DNA from: Macrostomum lignano
Taxonomy: Eukaryota
Assembly: GCA_002269645.1 (NCBI GenBank)
Contig: NIVC01003802.1
Coordinates: 1-64,000 of the forward strand
DNA length: 64,000 nucleotides
Direction of reading: 5' to 3'
Part shown: positions 1 to 11,709 of the stretch, one piece after another
Position numbering within the stretch: position 1 is the stretch's first letter
How the letters are laid out: each line of letters opens with the position of its first letter
The notes under the pieces: generated by a model
The model's input: only the letters and a program-made list of their open reading frames with translations
The model's database searches: none
What the model was told of the DNA's origin: nothing
Program-made: the position numbers and the translations under genes

Positions 1-2114
1 TGTTTCGGGTAGAGTCGATGCCGCTTCTAAAAGAGCTGCAACCGATACAGCATAGAAATAGCATGGAGCTAAGAATTTCTTCTTTGTTTTCTGCTTGTCG
101 AAGCATGCAAGCGTACCCTCTCGCCTGCCGGGTGTAGCCACTAGACGTAGAATTTGGTGTTTTAAGCCGGTCCTAAGCCCGGCTTTGTCTGCGTCGAGAC
201 TAGCCACAATAATACGAATATACTGTATTGCCAGGTAGAAAAGTACTCAAAATTGTCCGAATAACTCCGTCAGTGCACCATGATCAGCTAACGGGTCCTA
301 CCCGATTGCAGATTTCTCTCGATATTGTAGATTTAACTTGGTAGCGATATACGCACTTAATTATTTCGTGAAGAAAAAGACGTACACAAATCAGTTAATT
401 CATCGCTTGACAAGGTTAAAAGAACTGCAGACGTCTATTTTCTCTATTGCACTATTACCACATGCGTAGAACGTATCTTTGGTTTATGAAACTTTTTCAG
501 TTGAGCTTTCGAACTTTGTCCTATCTTGAAAAATAACGAAAATTAGGGTCACGAACCCGGTTTTACGCAATTAGAAAGCAAAACTTTTAGAGATTTTGCG
601 GGGGTTGGGGTTGTGCTTTTTAACTGCCGCTTTTTAGGTGAATAACCAACAATGCGGAAAGCCGTTTTTGCCGAGCCAAACTGGCTCTCCATAGATATTT
701 TTCTAGTCAAGTGAATTGCGCAACGAGAATAAACTGGGCAAAGCAATTAGGCTGGAAAGAGGTGACAAGGACTGTGCAGTCGGAGCTCTGCGGAATTCCT
801 GGGCCAGCTGTTGCTAAAGACTCTCACAAGCAGGTCTGTGGGATATCCAGCATTCTTCATTTCTTCTTCGAGCTACTGGTATTAGGCAGTGAATTGCCGG
901 GCAAAGAATATGGCCGCGATAAAAATTTACGTGACAAGCTTCGGATTTTTCTGTCGGGTTACCCATACACATGGCTTGTTACTAGCTCGGTCCAGTTTTA
1001 GTACCGCGCTTTTCGACAAAAAAGAGACCATATTTTGAAAGCCCAAGGAACCTGAAACGGGAAGGAATGGCTTCTTTAAGTTTTCCCACTTGCAGCCAGA
1101 TATCTACCAGACATATTACCGACATAACCGATGAAAAATGTTGCCCTAGTAGCTAAACCGAGATATATCCTACAGTAGAGTAACTCTAACTACATACATT
1201 CGGTTTGTTCCACATTCGACGAAATCTCGCAATTCATCAAGGAATTTTTCTTGCCCAGTGATAGTTATGAGATACAGTAGCAGTAGTTTTACAACCAGCA
1301 CATCGTTAGGGCACCATTAATTTAGAATGACTTTCCTTTTCGTAGGCCGTATTATATAGCCGCTTCTAACACGCACCTAGCTTTATATGTATGGGCTACA
1401 GCATGCACAAATTCCCAATCTGTGGGCCTGCAAGTCGAAGGAAAATCCCGCGCATATCTCTCCACGCGGCAGAATATTTTTTCTTTCCCTCAAAGATAGA
1501 AACGGCAGCAAGGCCTGCACCTGATGCTGAAACTGACCCAGGCATGCGACGGCACCCCTACTGGGGGGGGGGGGGGGTAACACGCGGACGAGTTGCTGGT
1601 TCAATACAATGGGAGGCTGCTAGGCTGTTCAGTCCGCAGCCAGTTTGACCTCCTCTGTCCAGTTCTAAGACGGCGGGCGCCGCAAGATGAAGTGTCTGCG
1701 TGGGAAGCCAAGGCAGCCTAAGGTCGGCCGGCAATACGAGATCCTGCATCTAAGAAATAAGGCCTTTCAAAGCGGAAGCGCATAAGGAACCAGCAAGCCT
1801 GATGTTCTGCACAAAACCGTTTCTAACTCCTCTGCCCAATTAAGCTTCTGATCCTGCTGGCCTTTTGCATTCGCGCGAAGGCCTGCTGGAGCTAAATCAA
1901 AGGCACAAGAAAGTTATTGGTCCTTCAGCTGCAGCCAACAGTTTCCGCTTGGAGAGAGAAAAGTGCAACGAGCGGCGGTTCGCCCGTCGTCACTTCCAAC
2001 CCAAGAGATATCTATTCCACTCGATTGAATATTGGCAAACCGCTGATATCCCATCAAAACCTCATCCCCTGGTCTTACCTCATATTATAAGACGGGCCGG
2101 TTGATATTTGGCCG

Positions 2115-3488
2115 ATGAATGAGAAAGAAATGACCAAGCCCAGCTTCCTTACAGGAGCGATGAAGCCCACTGACTGGCTACTACCAATTGCGTTAGTCTG
2201 GCTAGTGCGGTTTTCCACTGCGCTTACAGACACAGCGATCAACTTTACAATTCCATTCGAGACCTCAACAGCTCCGCCAAAGGACAGCATTTGCATCTGC
2301 AGTATCAATGTGTCTCAAGGTCGTCGCTGCCTGGACTGCCGACAATATCAACTCGACTCACCGGACCTTGTGTTTCTGAGCTCTCGCAACATCTTGCTGA
2401 GGGCTCCGGTATGCAGTGGAGTCACCAGCATTAGAGCTGAACAGCCGGTGCGAATTCATCAGCTCCGCCCAGGTCGCCTGTTGCAGATGACGGGCCTGAT
2501 CAGCATCCGGTTGCGCCAAGTTGACTTGAGATTCAGCTTTCATCCGGACGCATTGAGAGGGCTCAAGAATCTTACTGACCTGGAGATAATTGGGCCGCAC
2601 AGCCTTGACAGGCTGGAGGCGCACAGTTTTCAGCACACTCCCAGACTTAGGCGATTGGTGCTCAGAGACAACGGCATTAAGTACATCGATCGCTTTGCTT
2701 TCTGTGAGGCGGAGAATTTAGAGTACTTGGACCTGAGCAGGAATCGAATAGTTGCGTATTCGTGCGACTGGTTCCCGGGCCTGTCTGCTCTGAAGTTTCT
2801 TAACGTCACTCTGCTCACTGGCACAGAGGTATTTGCTAGCGTGGGGACTAAGCCACCAAGTTGCCTGTTCTGCCCGTTGACGGGTCTGGCAATATTGTCT
2901 TTTAATGATATAAACTACGCCGGACCAAGCATTCAGCTGCTGAGGCATGCAATTATTAAGCACTACCGCTTGCAGTTGCTTGAGCCGCTGTTGTACAATG
3001 TTACTGGCTTGCGAGATCCTCAAACTTGCGGAGGCCTCGACGGAGAAGCGGCCATCGCCTGGCAGCAGTGCCAAAGATGGCGTGACGGCAAACCTGTGGT
3101 GGCCCAGTACGTGACTATGGGGCCGAGCACAGCTGCCGTTAGCAGCACCGCTAGCCCAGCAGAGGAAGTCTCCGACTCGAACGGTGTGATTCAAAGCCCG
3201 AACGAATACTTCAACAACAGCTCATCTCGACAAATTCCTGACACGAGTTCCGGCGATGGGCTTCAAGTGTTTTTAAGCAGTCAATTGTTTCTCGTGGTGC
3301 TTGTCGTGTGCATCGTCCTTGTGGCCTTGTCGCTGATCATCTGCTGCATAGCCTGCTGCTTTGCCCGATCGCGCAGACACCGCGGCGCTCGCTACAGTGT
3401 CAAAGCTGCCAACGAAGCCGCCGCTGCCGCCGCTGCCGCCGCTGCAGCTGGCAACGGGAAAGCCGCAAATGGTAGAGCAAATGCTTGA
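2115..3488 (+). CDS. Single-exon leucine-rich-repeat type I membrane protein
   Basis: 457-aa ORF with a signal-like N-terminus (MKPTDWLLPIALVWLVRFSTA) and Cys-rich cap. LxxLxLxxN repeats (LRRLVLRDNGI, LEYLDLSRNRI), one TM helix (LFLVVLVVCIVLVALSLIICCIACC) and a short tail with poly-Ala. The true start may be the third Met. Confidence 0.85.
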   Translation: MNEKEMTKPSFLTGAMKPTDWLLPIALVWLVRFSTALTDTAINFTIPFETSTAPPKDSICICSINVSQGRRCLDCRQYQLDSPDLVFLSSRNILLRAPVCSGVTSIRAEQPVRIHQLRPGRLLQMTGLISIRLRQVDLRFSFHPDALRGLKNLTDLEIIGPHSLDRLEAHSFQHTPRLRRLVLRDNGIKYIDRFAFCEAENLEYLDLSRNRIVAYSCDWFPGLSALKFLNVTLLTGTEVFASVGTKPPSCLFCPLTGLAILSFNDINYAGPSIQLLRHAIIKHYRLQLLEPLLYNVTGLRDPQTCGGLDGEAAIAWQQCQRWRDGKPVVAQYVTMGPSTAAVSSTASPAEEVSDSNGVIQSPNEYFNNSSSRQIPDTSSGDGLQVFLSSQLFLVVLVVCIVLVALSLIICCIACCFARSRRHRGARYSVKAANEAAAAAAAAAAAGNGKAANGRANA

Positions 3489-5276
3489 TTTTTGTTCCCT
3501 GGGCAAACTTTTAACTAAGGATTTCATCCTTTACTTTGGTACTAGTTAAGTGTTTTTTCTTTATGAAGTACGAGTATATTCAAACAAAAAGTTATTGTGC
3601 AGATGTTGGTGATTGCAGTTGCTCAACGTAATTTTTCATGATATTTCGTTGAGCCAACTACCGATTGGCTACTGAGTATAAGCATCTGTACGCCTGCAGG
3701 TTGCAATTTGTGTTCTTTCCTAAGTTTTATTCTAGACATATTTGCTTCATCATTTTGTACGGCTCATTAGCATATTTTGAGAAGTTACGAGCAGTTGGGA
3801 CAGGTTTTAGCTGGAAGCCATTACTGTTTGGCTGTCTCTGCAAATTAATGTCTTAGTTAGACTACTGTTTGTGTTTTCGTGAGACGCCTGATAAGCGTTA
3901 TTGTGGTGTTAGAAAATCCTGAAGCTGGAATCTCCGATTGAATATTCAGTCTATGCGCTAACTTCACTTCTGATCCATGCTCTACCGAGAGAGTGACTTT
4001 GCAAGCCCGCTTACCCCAAAAACTATTTTGACGTTTTCTCATTAAATCTGTGGTCCACACTGAAGCGTTTTCAAGTTTTAATTTTACTTTTTCTTGCCCG
4101 CTTTTCTCCTGACTGCAGACAGTCATTGTTTTAAATTTAGAAGAACAGAGCAAGTTCCAGACAGTCCTACAGCCTGGCTAGAAGTTCGCGAACCAAAGGA
4201 ATGCATAAAAAGCCTCATAGTTAAGCCGCTGTTTTACTGACAAGAAGCAAAGCAGGCAAAATATAGGAGTGAAATTCTATCAGCCAAAGACGTTGACGAA
4301 CAGCTGAGGATCCCAGCTTAGCTGGTAAGAAGGCTTGTGATGCCAGGCTGGATTTTATTCCCTTTTCACTTTAAGTTAAACTCTTGTCATTTCATTGACG
4401 GAGACTTACCTGACGTAACTCTTTACTAATGAATTGAAATGTTTTAAGTGTACATTATCGTCTAATTTTGATTGCTGAATGCTTAAACTAGCTTAAGTTG
4501 TTTTGAATTTTAACCCGAATGTACAAATGTTCATTCAGTGAATTTTTAGGCTAGCATGCAGACAGTGAGTTCCAAAGTTTCATTTTAACATTCGTAACAT
4601 TAGTGCGTGTTATTCTTGAGCAACTATTAGCCAGCATCAATTTCCGCGACTAACATCAGAGGTAATAATCAATAATACTACTGAAAGTACCCTGCAAAAT
4701 GCTAATGTTTATTGTGAAAGCAAAATTGTATAAATAATATAGTTTCGATTATACTAAAAATTCAAACAAACAGAACGTTGTAAAGAAACTTTTAAGTTAA
4801 AATCATTGGATGGATTGTACAAAACAGCTGAATAAAACTTACATGAAAGTAAAAGTTTCACAAACTCTGATGGTTATCAATCATGCAAGCGTGCACTTTA
4901 CAAGAAGCGGTAAATATCTCACGGAACCATCTGACCGGAAAAACAACTGTCGCTTTGCGCTGTGTTGCTACGGTGACAAAAATACTGCTGTAATCAAATG
5001 GCTGCCATAAAAGTACAGAAAAATTACATCTTCAATACGTAACTCTATTTAATGTGCAAACTTGGTCTGTCAATACACTAAAACTTCATTCGGGGCTTAA
5101 CTATAGCGAGGCGAAGAAAGATAAGAAACGGGGCCACAAGGAGGTACTAAAGGCAAATACAGATAAGGCTGCTCTATAAGTAGAAAAATCTACGCAAACG
5201 TCGTAAGTCTTCGATCCTCCCTGAGTGCGACGATATTCTCTAATTATTCAGATTTATTAAAAAAAACTCGAACCAG

Positions 5277-6733
5277 ATGACGCTCGAGCGCTACTGGAAT
5301 GACACCTACCTCGACACCCTGTTAGATCTGCGCATAGATTGTCTGCAGCAACCGCATGGTGCAACATGTGCAACTGCAACAGCTCTCGGCCTTTTAGCTA
5401 GCGTTGCAGTGCCAATCATTGTGGCTGTAGGCTGCTTCGGAAATCTAATCACGGCGCATATACTGCTAATCCGAATGCGTACTAAACGGTTAGCTGCAGG
5501 TCGCCAGTTCCGTGTCAGAGGCTTCACTAGGCAGCACATGTATCTTGGCTGGATATCACTGTCCGATGTGGGAAATCTCGTCAGCTGGGGCATTGCTTGG
5601 CAGTTTCTAGCCAGAGGACTGCCCTGGATCAGCGGCGGAACGGTTGGCTACATCTTGCCAAACGTGTCAGACGCGGCTTGTCGCTCGTTCCGGTTTGTTC
5701 ACAATTTCTTTCACACTCTGTCAGCTAATTGGTTTCTGTTGATGACGGTTGACCGGCTCGCCGCGTTGTACCTGCCGTTGCGAGCTCGTTCGCTAACTAC
5801 CCGAGATGCAGGACGAGCTTTATTGGTAGCAGCTGCAACCACTCTGGCCATGGTGTGTCCCGTCCCAGTCTTCATCGGCTGGCACTACTGGAAGGGTCGA
5901 ATCGCATGCCTGGCGGTGCCATCATTCGGTCGAGCTGTGCAGGTGTGAGCTGTTTCTTTTGCTACTTATAGTAGAAACAGTATTCTCGCTAACCAAAATG
6001 TGGGTAAAAATCCGAGCAATACCATAGTACGAGCTATTTCATTAATTGATTACTAGTCGAGTTCATCTCTGATCAGTGCCGTAGACCTATTCCAGAGACT
6101 TTTCAAAAGACTATTCCTGCTGCTTTCTCCCGTTGGCAGGTGTGGACAATAATTAGCAACGCTCTATTTATGCTGCCGCCAACTGTTCAGTTGCTGCTTA
6201 TCGCTGTGCTGAACCTGCTGCTTCTAGCGCGGATAAGACATCGAATTCGTCGTGCAGTAGACCCCGATGCTCGACCAACAGACGCGTCATTGACGACAAA
6301 AACTAGAATTGCCCCACTCGCCCCAACTTTGCAAGTAATTCTCCTGTCAGCCATATTCCTCGCATCGAGTTTGCCAACCTGTGTAGTTGCCATGATGGTA
6401 TTGCATAGAACAGTGTTCGCAAACGACGGTAACGCTCAGATGCTCCGTTCGGTGCTCAACATTGGCGACATCGGCCAGATTCTACTGTTGGCTAACCAGG
6501 CGGCCAACTGGCTTGTTTTGGTCTGGAAAGATCACCGATTTCGGGGTCATCTGTTGGAAATGTTTGGCCGATACAATCGGTCTCAAGTTAGCGTTGCAAT
6601 CGGTCTAGGCGTTGCAGAGAATTGCAACCTCAGAGGATGCAGCAGTTCGGCTGCTGGAGTTGGCTCAATCTGGAATAGGCAAACCCGAGTCATAGTTAGA
6701 AAAGTTGCTTCCTCAACGGATTTCCGTTCTTAA
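5277..6733 (+). CDS. Class A (rhodopsin-like) peptide-receptor-like GPCR, 2 exons (5277-5942, 6140-6733), about 419 aa
   Basis: TM1 GCFGNLIT, TM2 ISLSD, TM3 C...LMTVDR, seven hydrophobic segments. A phase-0 intron 5943-6139 (CAG|gtgtga...ggcag|GTG) gives GRAVQ|VWTIISNALF, colinear with the paralog GQGVRIWTIIRNALF. Confidence 0.85.
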
Positions 6734-7997
6734 TGTTGAGTATCGACTACTTGAAATGCGACGAAAGCTAAATACGTATCGTTGTCAGATCGATAAGGTT
6801 TAATATAAGCCAGCTAAATATTTTTCTTCAATCTACTATCGCCAGTGCGTACTGTCACAAACGGACTCTGAGCTCAATGTGCTATCAATCTCAGTTTTGG
6901 CTCCACAAGATAAGCAAGTCTTAAAGACCCGTCCATTTGTAGCAAATGAAGGCTACAAAGGCTCTTTTTCACCGTAATCAATTACAAGCCATCAAATCAC
7001 ACAGCAGAAGAGTATGACTTCGATTGAGGGATGGCGTAGTAGTTGCTAATGTACATTCTGTTTGGTAACTATGGAATCTCGAGTAAATAGAGAATGGTCT
7101 GTTTTCGGTTTTGTATATACATTTTGTACAGTTATAGTTTGGAATCGATCAGTACGGAAAGAAGAACAGATGGTTTTTTACTTTAAGTACAGTATGGTAA
7201 GCTTGTTACATTATGTGCCTGTTGACATAGCTGAATAAAAACTGATATCAATCAATATCGCGCGTATCGTCAGAAAGTAAAAATATATATCCTTGAAGAT
7301 CGAGTTACGGATTTATTGAATATTTAAACGCCGGCGAACTCAAATCGTAAAATAAATATTTGATTTACGGCGTTCTACTAACCAACGCAGAGCAAATTTA
7401 TGCTATATAGTTAGCGAACTCGCTTTGAAATTTTTTCTCAAGCAACTTTAGATCAGTGATTGCTTTGTTTTACTAGGCTAAAAGCTTTTAAGAAGCTCAG
7501 CCTTTATTTAGGGTTCCAGGACATTTCGTCAACTGGTATTTTGTCAACCAGACATTACAGCAACCGGACATTTGGCTCAAGCCAAAATTATTCGTCCGTC
7601 ATGTTAGCCGTTAACGTTAACATATTTAAGTTTAAGTTCTTATTTTATGTGTTATCATAGAAAATATTGAAACCATGTGCATGGTGTTCAGGTACCATGC
7701 ATGGTACGAGTATTGCGACACCATTGAGGAAAATTTACTTCCAAGAAGTGTTAAACAAATTTGAAATCGCATTACCTACTTCTCAAATTCTCTGGCTGGT
7801 GCTTAGAACTGGCTTAGTGGCTCCAGAAAGTAAATAAGAAAAAACTCACATTTTACGACAGAACTAATTCAATAAAAACTCTACGAACTGTCTATGGCGA
7901 GATCGTGTTTAGGAGCAATCGCTTGTGTAAATTCTAATGAAACAAACAACCAATAGGACAGGTTCAATATGAACTTCAATAACAAGTTGGCTAATCA

Positions 7998-8761
7998 TCT
8001 ATATATCATTCTTCTATATATCTAAATCTAAGCTGTCTCTGTCTGTCTGTCTGTCTGTCTGTGCGATAGATAATAGAAAAAAATGGCTTAACTGATTTCC
8101 ACCAAACTTGCACCATTCGATCAGAAATTTCTCCATGACGGTACATGGGTCGTGGCTAAGAAATTGCTCAATGCTAAAGGGATTAAATATTCGAAAAACT
8201 GTATTTTCCCTATCTAATTAGTGAATTTTTCTTGCAGTGAGAGCTCAATACGTCTATGGCCATAGACTAAACTTCAATTCTTGAGCTGATGCTATGAGTT
8301 TTAGATAACTATACATAGCTTATTAAATTGTAAAATTTATGAATATCTTTGTCTTCAACTTGAATTGTTTGAATCCGGAACTGATTGTTTGAATTAAAGT
8401 CGGGGGTTACTAAAGTGCATAATCACTTGAACAGAAATGCCTCAACGACATTGTGCTAGGTTTAAGAGGCAATTGCTGAGATGTCAAGGCTTAATGGGGA
8501 ATTGCTAAGATGTCAAGGCTTATGGGGCATTGCTGGGATGTCAAGGCTTATGGGGAATTTCTAAGATGTCAAGGCTTGTGGGATTGTTGAGATGTCAAGG
8601 CTTACTGGGAGCATTGCTAAGATGTTATTGTCAAGGCTTACAGCTGGTGGAGTCGCTGAGATGCCAAGGCTTACTGGAAGCATCGCATGGGTCTATTCTT
8701 TAATATATTAGCAATATTTTCATTTTCCTTTTTGCACTCCCCGAACGGGCTGGATTGCTAG
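7998..8761 (+). mobile_element. Non-autonomous Helitron/HINE-type element with internal (GTCT)n and a ~30-bp minisatellite
   Basis: Begins A|TCTATATAT, followed by a (TCTG)n tract and CCAAACTT. Ends with hairpin CCCGAACGGG then CTAG|T at 8758-8762. A homologous fragment lies at about 54945-55075. Confidence 0.55.
8466..8680 (+). repeat. Degenerate minisatellite, unit about 30 bp (ggggaattgctaagatgtcaaggcttat)
   Basis: About 7 visible copies of the gatgtcaaggctt core. Confidence 0.85.
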
Positions 8762-10014
8762 TCTATAGCTAAATCACCTATTGAATCGGTTAATATGAAG
8801 ACAGGAAGAAGATAAAAAACTAGCAAACTATCAATTGAATTTCGAAAATTTCAAGAGAAGCCCTTCAGGATACTCGAATGTTTCTCAGTGCCTTCATACT
8901 CCCATTATTGTACGTAGTTTCATTATTCATAAAGCAATCGGCAACAGAGCTGGGTTGATTTAATTCAAACTATTCCAACAGAATGACACAATTACTTCCT
9001 CCTATTTACTTTCAATTGCTATGTTATTGTACTCCCTTAATCTATTGATAAATTGCATTCAGGACAGAAGTTTTCAGTGTATCCAAAACCCCTATTAACT
9101 CTATCCGTATTATCTCGAAAAATCGGTAAAAATGAGGTCAACACACTTAAATAATCAGAAAAACATCAGCCTTCGGCTTCAGCTTCAGCATCAGTGATTT
9201 TCTGTTATCACCGAAATTAACAAGCAGGTGTAGGAGTCAATCTTTATCTTCGTGTCGTTTTTGTTGGTAGATAAAACACATTGTAACAATTGATCCTAAT
9301 GGGCAAGCTAGTAGACACAAAAAACTGAATAAAGTACATGCAAAAGCCTTTTATAAACGCTGGCTTTGGGTAATGTTTATTCTACCAGACTACAGTGTGC
9401 CACAAATCAATAATACAAGCTATGTTAAATTTGCTGACAATGGAATGCATGTACGAGCGATATATGCTGATGTGTGCGAAAAAGCTATTGTTAAAAGAAA
9501 GTGTGGAAATATTATCATTGGAAAAAATAATTTACGTCGAAAAGGTGCACTGTGACTATTTAATCAAGTAAATACTTGTATTACCATTAAGTATAGCGAC
9601 CTAATTTTCTACAGTGCGAAATTATCGTTTAAATTTTAATTTAACGAAATCAGCGATTTCAGTAACGATTGTTTTGAGGAAAACAACTCCGACACATCTA
9701 CCTGTAGCTACGAATAAGTTTAGTTATTCCGAAGTCTAAATATAATGGTCAGGATAAATATGTTATAAGTTTCGCATTTTTCATTTTCGCAATCACGCAG
9801 ATGCAATATGTAAGTGTGTGACGACGTAAGTCTAAGTTCAGTGGCGCAACCTGGGGGCGCTCTCGGCAGACCCTCGATCTTCACCGAATTTCTGGAGCCG
9901 CAATTGCTTATCTGTTTACGTTGGATTACTTCCGATCTTCTTGTAATTACTTCTTTTTTCAGTGATAGTTGACAGTCTTTGCAGGCTTACAGAGCGTGTC
10001 ATGGACCGCCATGA

Positions 10015-11709
10015 TTACACTGCATTCTCGCTATTCGCCGGAGCACCAGCTGGACCGCCGTCCCCGCTCCCGGCTGGACCCCGATGCCTGACGGTCGAGG
10101 CCGCAGACTGCAGGCTAGTCCCGCTGCCGTAGATGCTAGTTGGCAGGCGAGCTTTGACCAGACCGCACGTCAGCGCTCGAACAAATCGCGCCCTGAACAG
10201 CTTATTTTTCCAAACAAGAATTATCCAGTTGATTGACTGGTTAAACAGAAGCATGATTTGACCAACATCGCCAAGGTTAAGCACCGTGCGCAGCATGTTC
10301 TGGTCAGTGGTTGGGGAGAACACGGTCAGCTGCAGCACAATGTACTGGGCTATGCAGGGCGGCATGCCCGACAGAAAGTAGACCAAGGACAGGAACAAGA
10401 CCACTATTGACGGCCCTATCTCGTCGGATTCTTTATCTTTCTCTCCGCTGTTGGCCATGCTTTTTCGGTTGCGCAATATTTTTAACACTTTGCGCAACAG
10501 AAACAGGTTGACAATGCTGATGGCCAGCAGTTGCACCATCGGAGGTATCATGAACAGGGCATTGCGAATTATCGTCCAGATGCGTACACCTTGACCGAAA
10601 AATGGAACTGCCAGACAGGCAATCTTGTTGTCAAGGATGTACCAGCCGGTGAAGACAGGGACCGGAGCCACTAGTATTAGCGATATCAGCAGCACTACTA
10701 TTAAGGCCTTCCAGGCGGAACGGTTTGTTAAAGTTCGAAATCTGAAGTCAAAATTAGACGGTTACTGCACACAGGCCTCTATAGAGATTAGGACAAACGA
10801 AATGCTTTGCAAGTCAAAGTGTTTTAGGGAAGCTTGTACATTAATTACTACAGTACTTGATGCACGATATTACACGCAGACGTAGAACTATTCATATAAG
10901 TCAATAAAAAACTTAACTATGCAACTTACATTAGAGGCTGTTGGTATATATTTATTATTTCATCGTTTAAATATTTTAAACGAGGGTCGACCCACAGCTA
11001 GTTAGGGGCTATATAAGTACACACACGCACACACACACACACACACAGGTCGAATGCATATTCAGGTTAATTTAAGCTCGTTACAGTAATTGCATACACT
11101 CTGTGTCTCTATGACTGGCCCCTGACGAGTTGACTATTTCGGCAGGTGCCTGATCAATCCTAATTTAATGTGGCAGCTCTCTTACTTGAACGGATAATGG
11201 AGGGTGAGCACACGGTCCAGTGTCATCAGCAAGAACCAGTTCGCCGACAGTACGTGGAAGAAGTTGTGCACAAAACGAAACAATCGGCAGGCGAGATCAG
11301 ACACGTTGACCATGAAGAAACCGACAGTACCGCCGCTGATCCAGGGCAGGCCTTTGGCAACTATCTGCCAGCCCAGGCCCCAAGAGATGAGATTGCCACT
11401 ATCTGACACAGCAATCAGTGCCAGGTAAAGATTCTGGCGACATTTAAGCCTCTGCTCGGACAGCATCACATAAGTTGTCAGCGTGTTGCCAATAACGCCA
11501 AAGAAGACAATAACGGGCACAAAGAAGATGCCCAGAGCGCCGAGAACAGTGGCGCCGATGCAGAACGGTCGCTTGGTTGGGTCGCCGCTGCGACAGTCGC
11601 GAAGCAGATCGTCCAGAGCGTCGAGATAGCCGATGGTGGCAGTGTCTTGAAGAGAATCGTTCGCCGACATTTTCGATGCTGGAATGAGATGAAGCTCTGC
11701 AGGCTCCAT
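10015..11709 (-). CDS. Class A peptide-receptor-like GPCR, paralog of the 5277 gene, 2 exons (11709-11186, 10741-10015), about 416 aa
   Basis: Shares blocks with the 5277 gene (GLPWISGGTVG, FRFVHNFFH, LSANWFLLMT.DR, IACLAVP.FG). A phase-2 intron 11185-10742 (TTCAA|gtaaga...ttcag|A) gives HYPFK-FRTLTNRSAW. CDS length is 1251, a multiple of 3. Confidence 0.88.

Noticed and set aside
549-2104. Short ORFs at 549-1001 and 1383-2104, with faint resemblance to non-LTR element fragments
   Set aside because: No motif could be supported convincingly without a database search.
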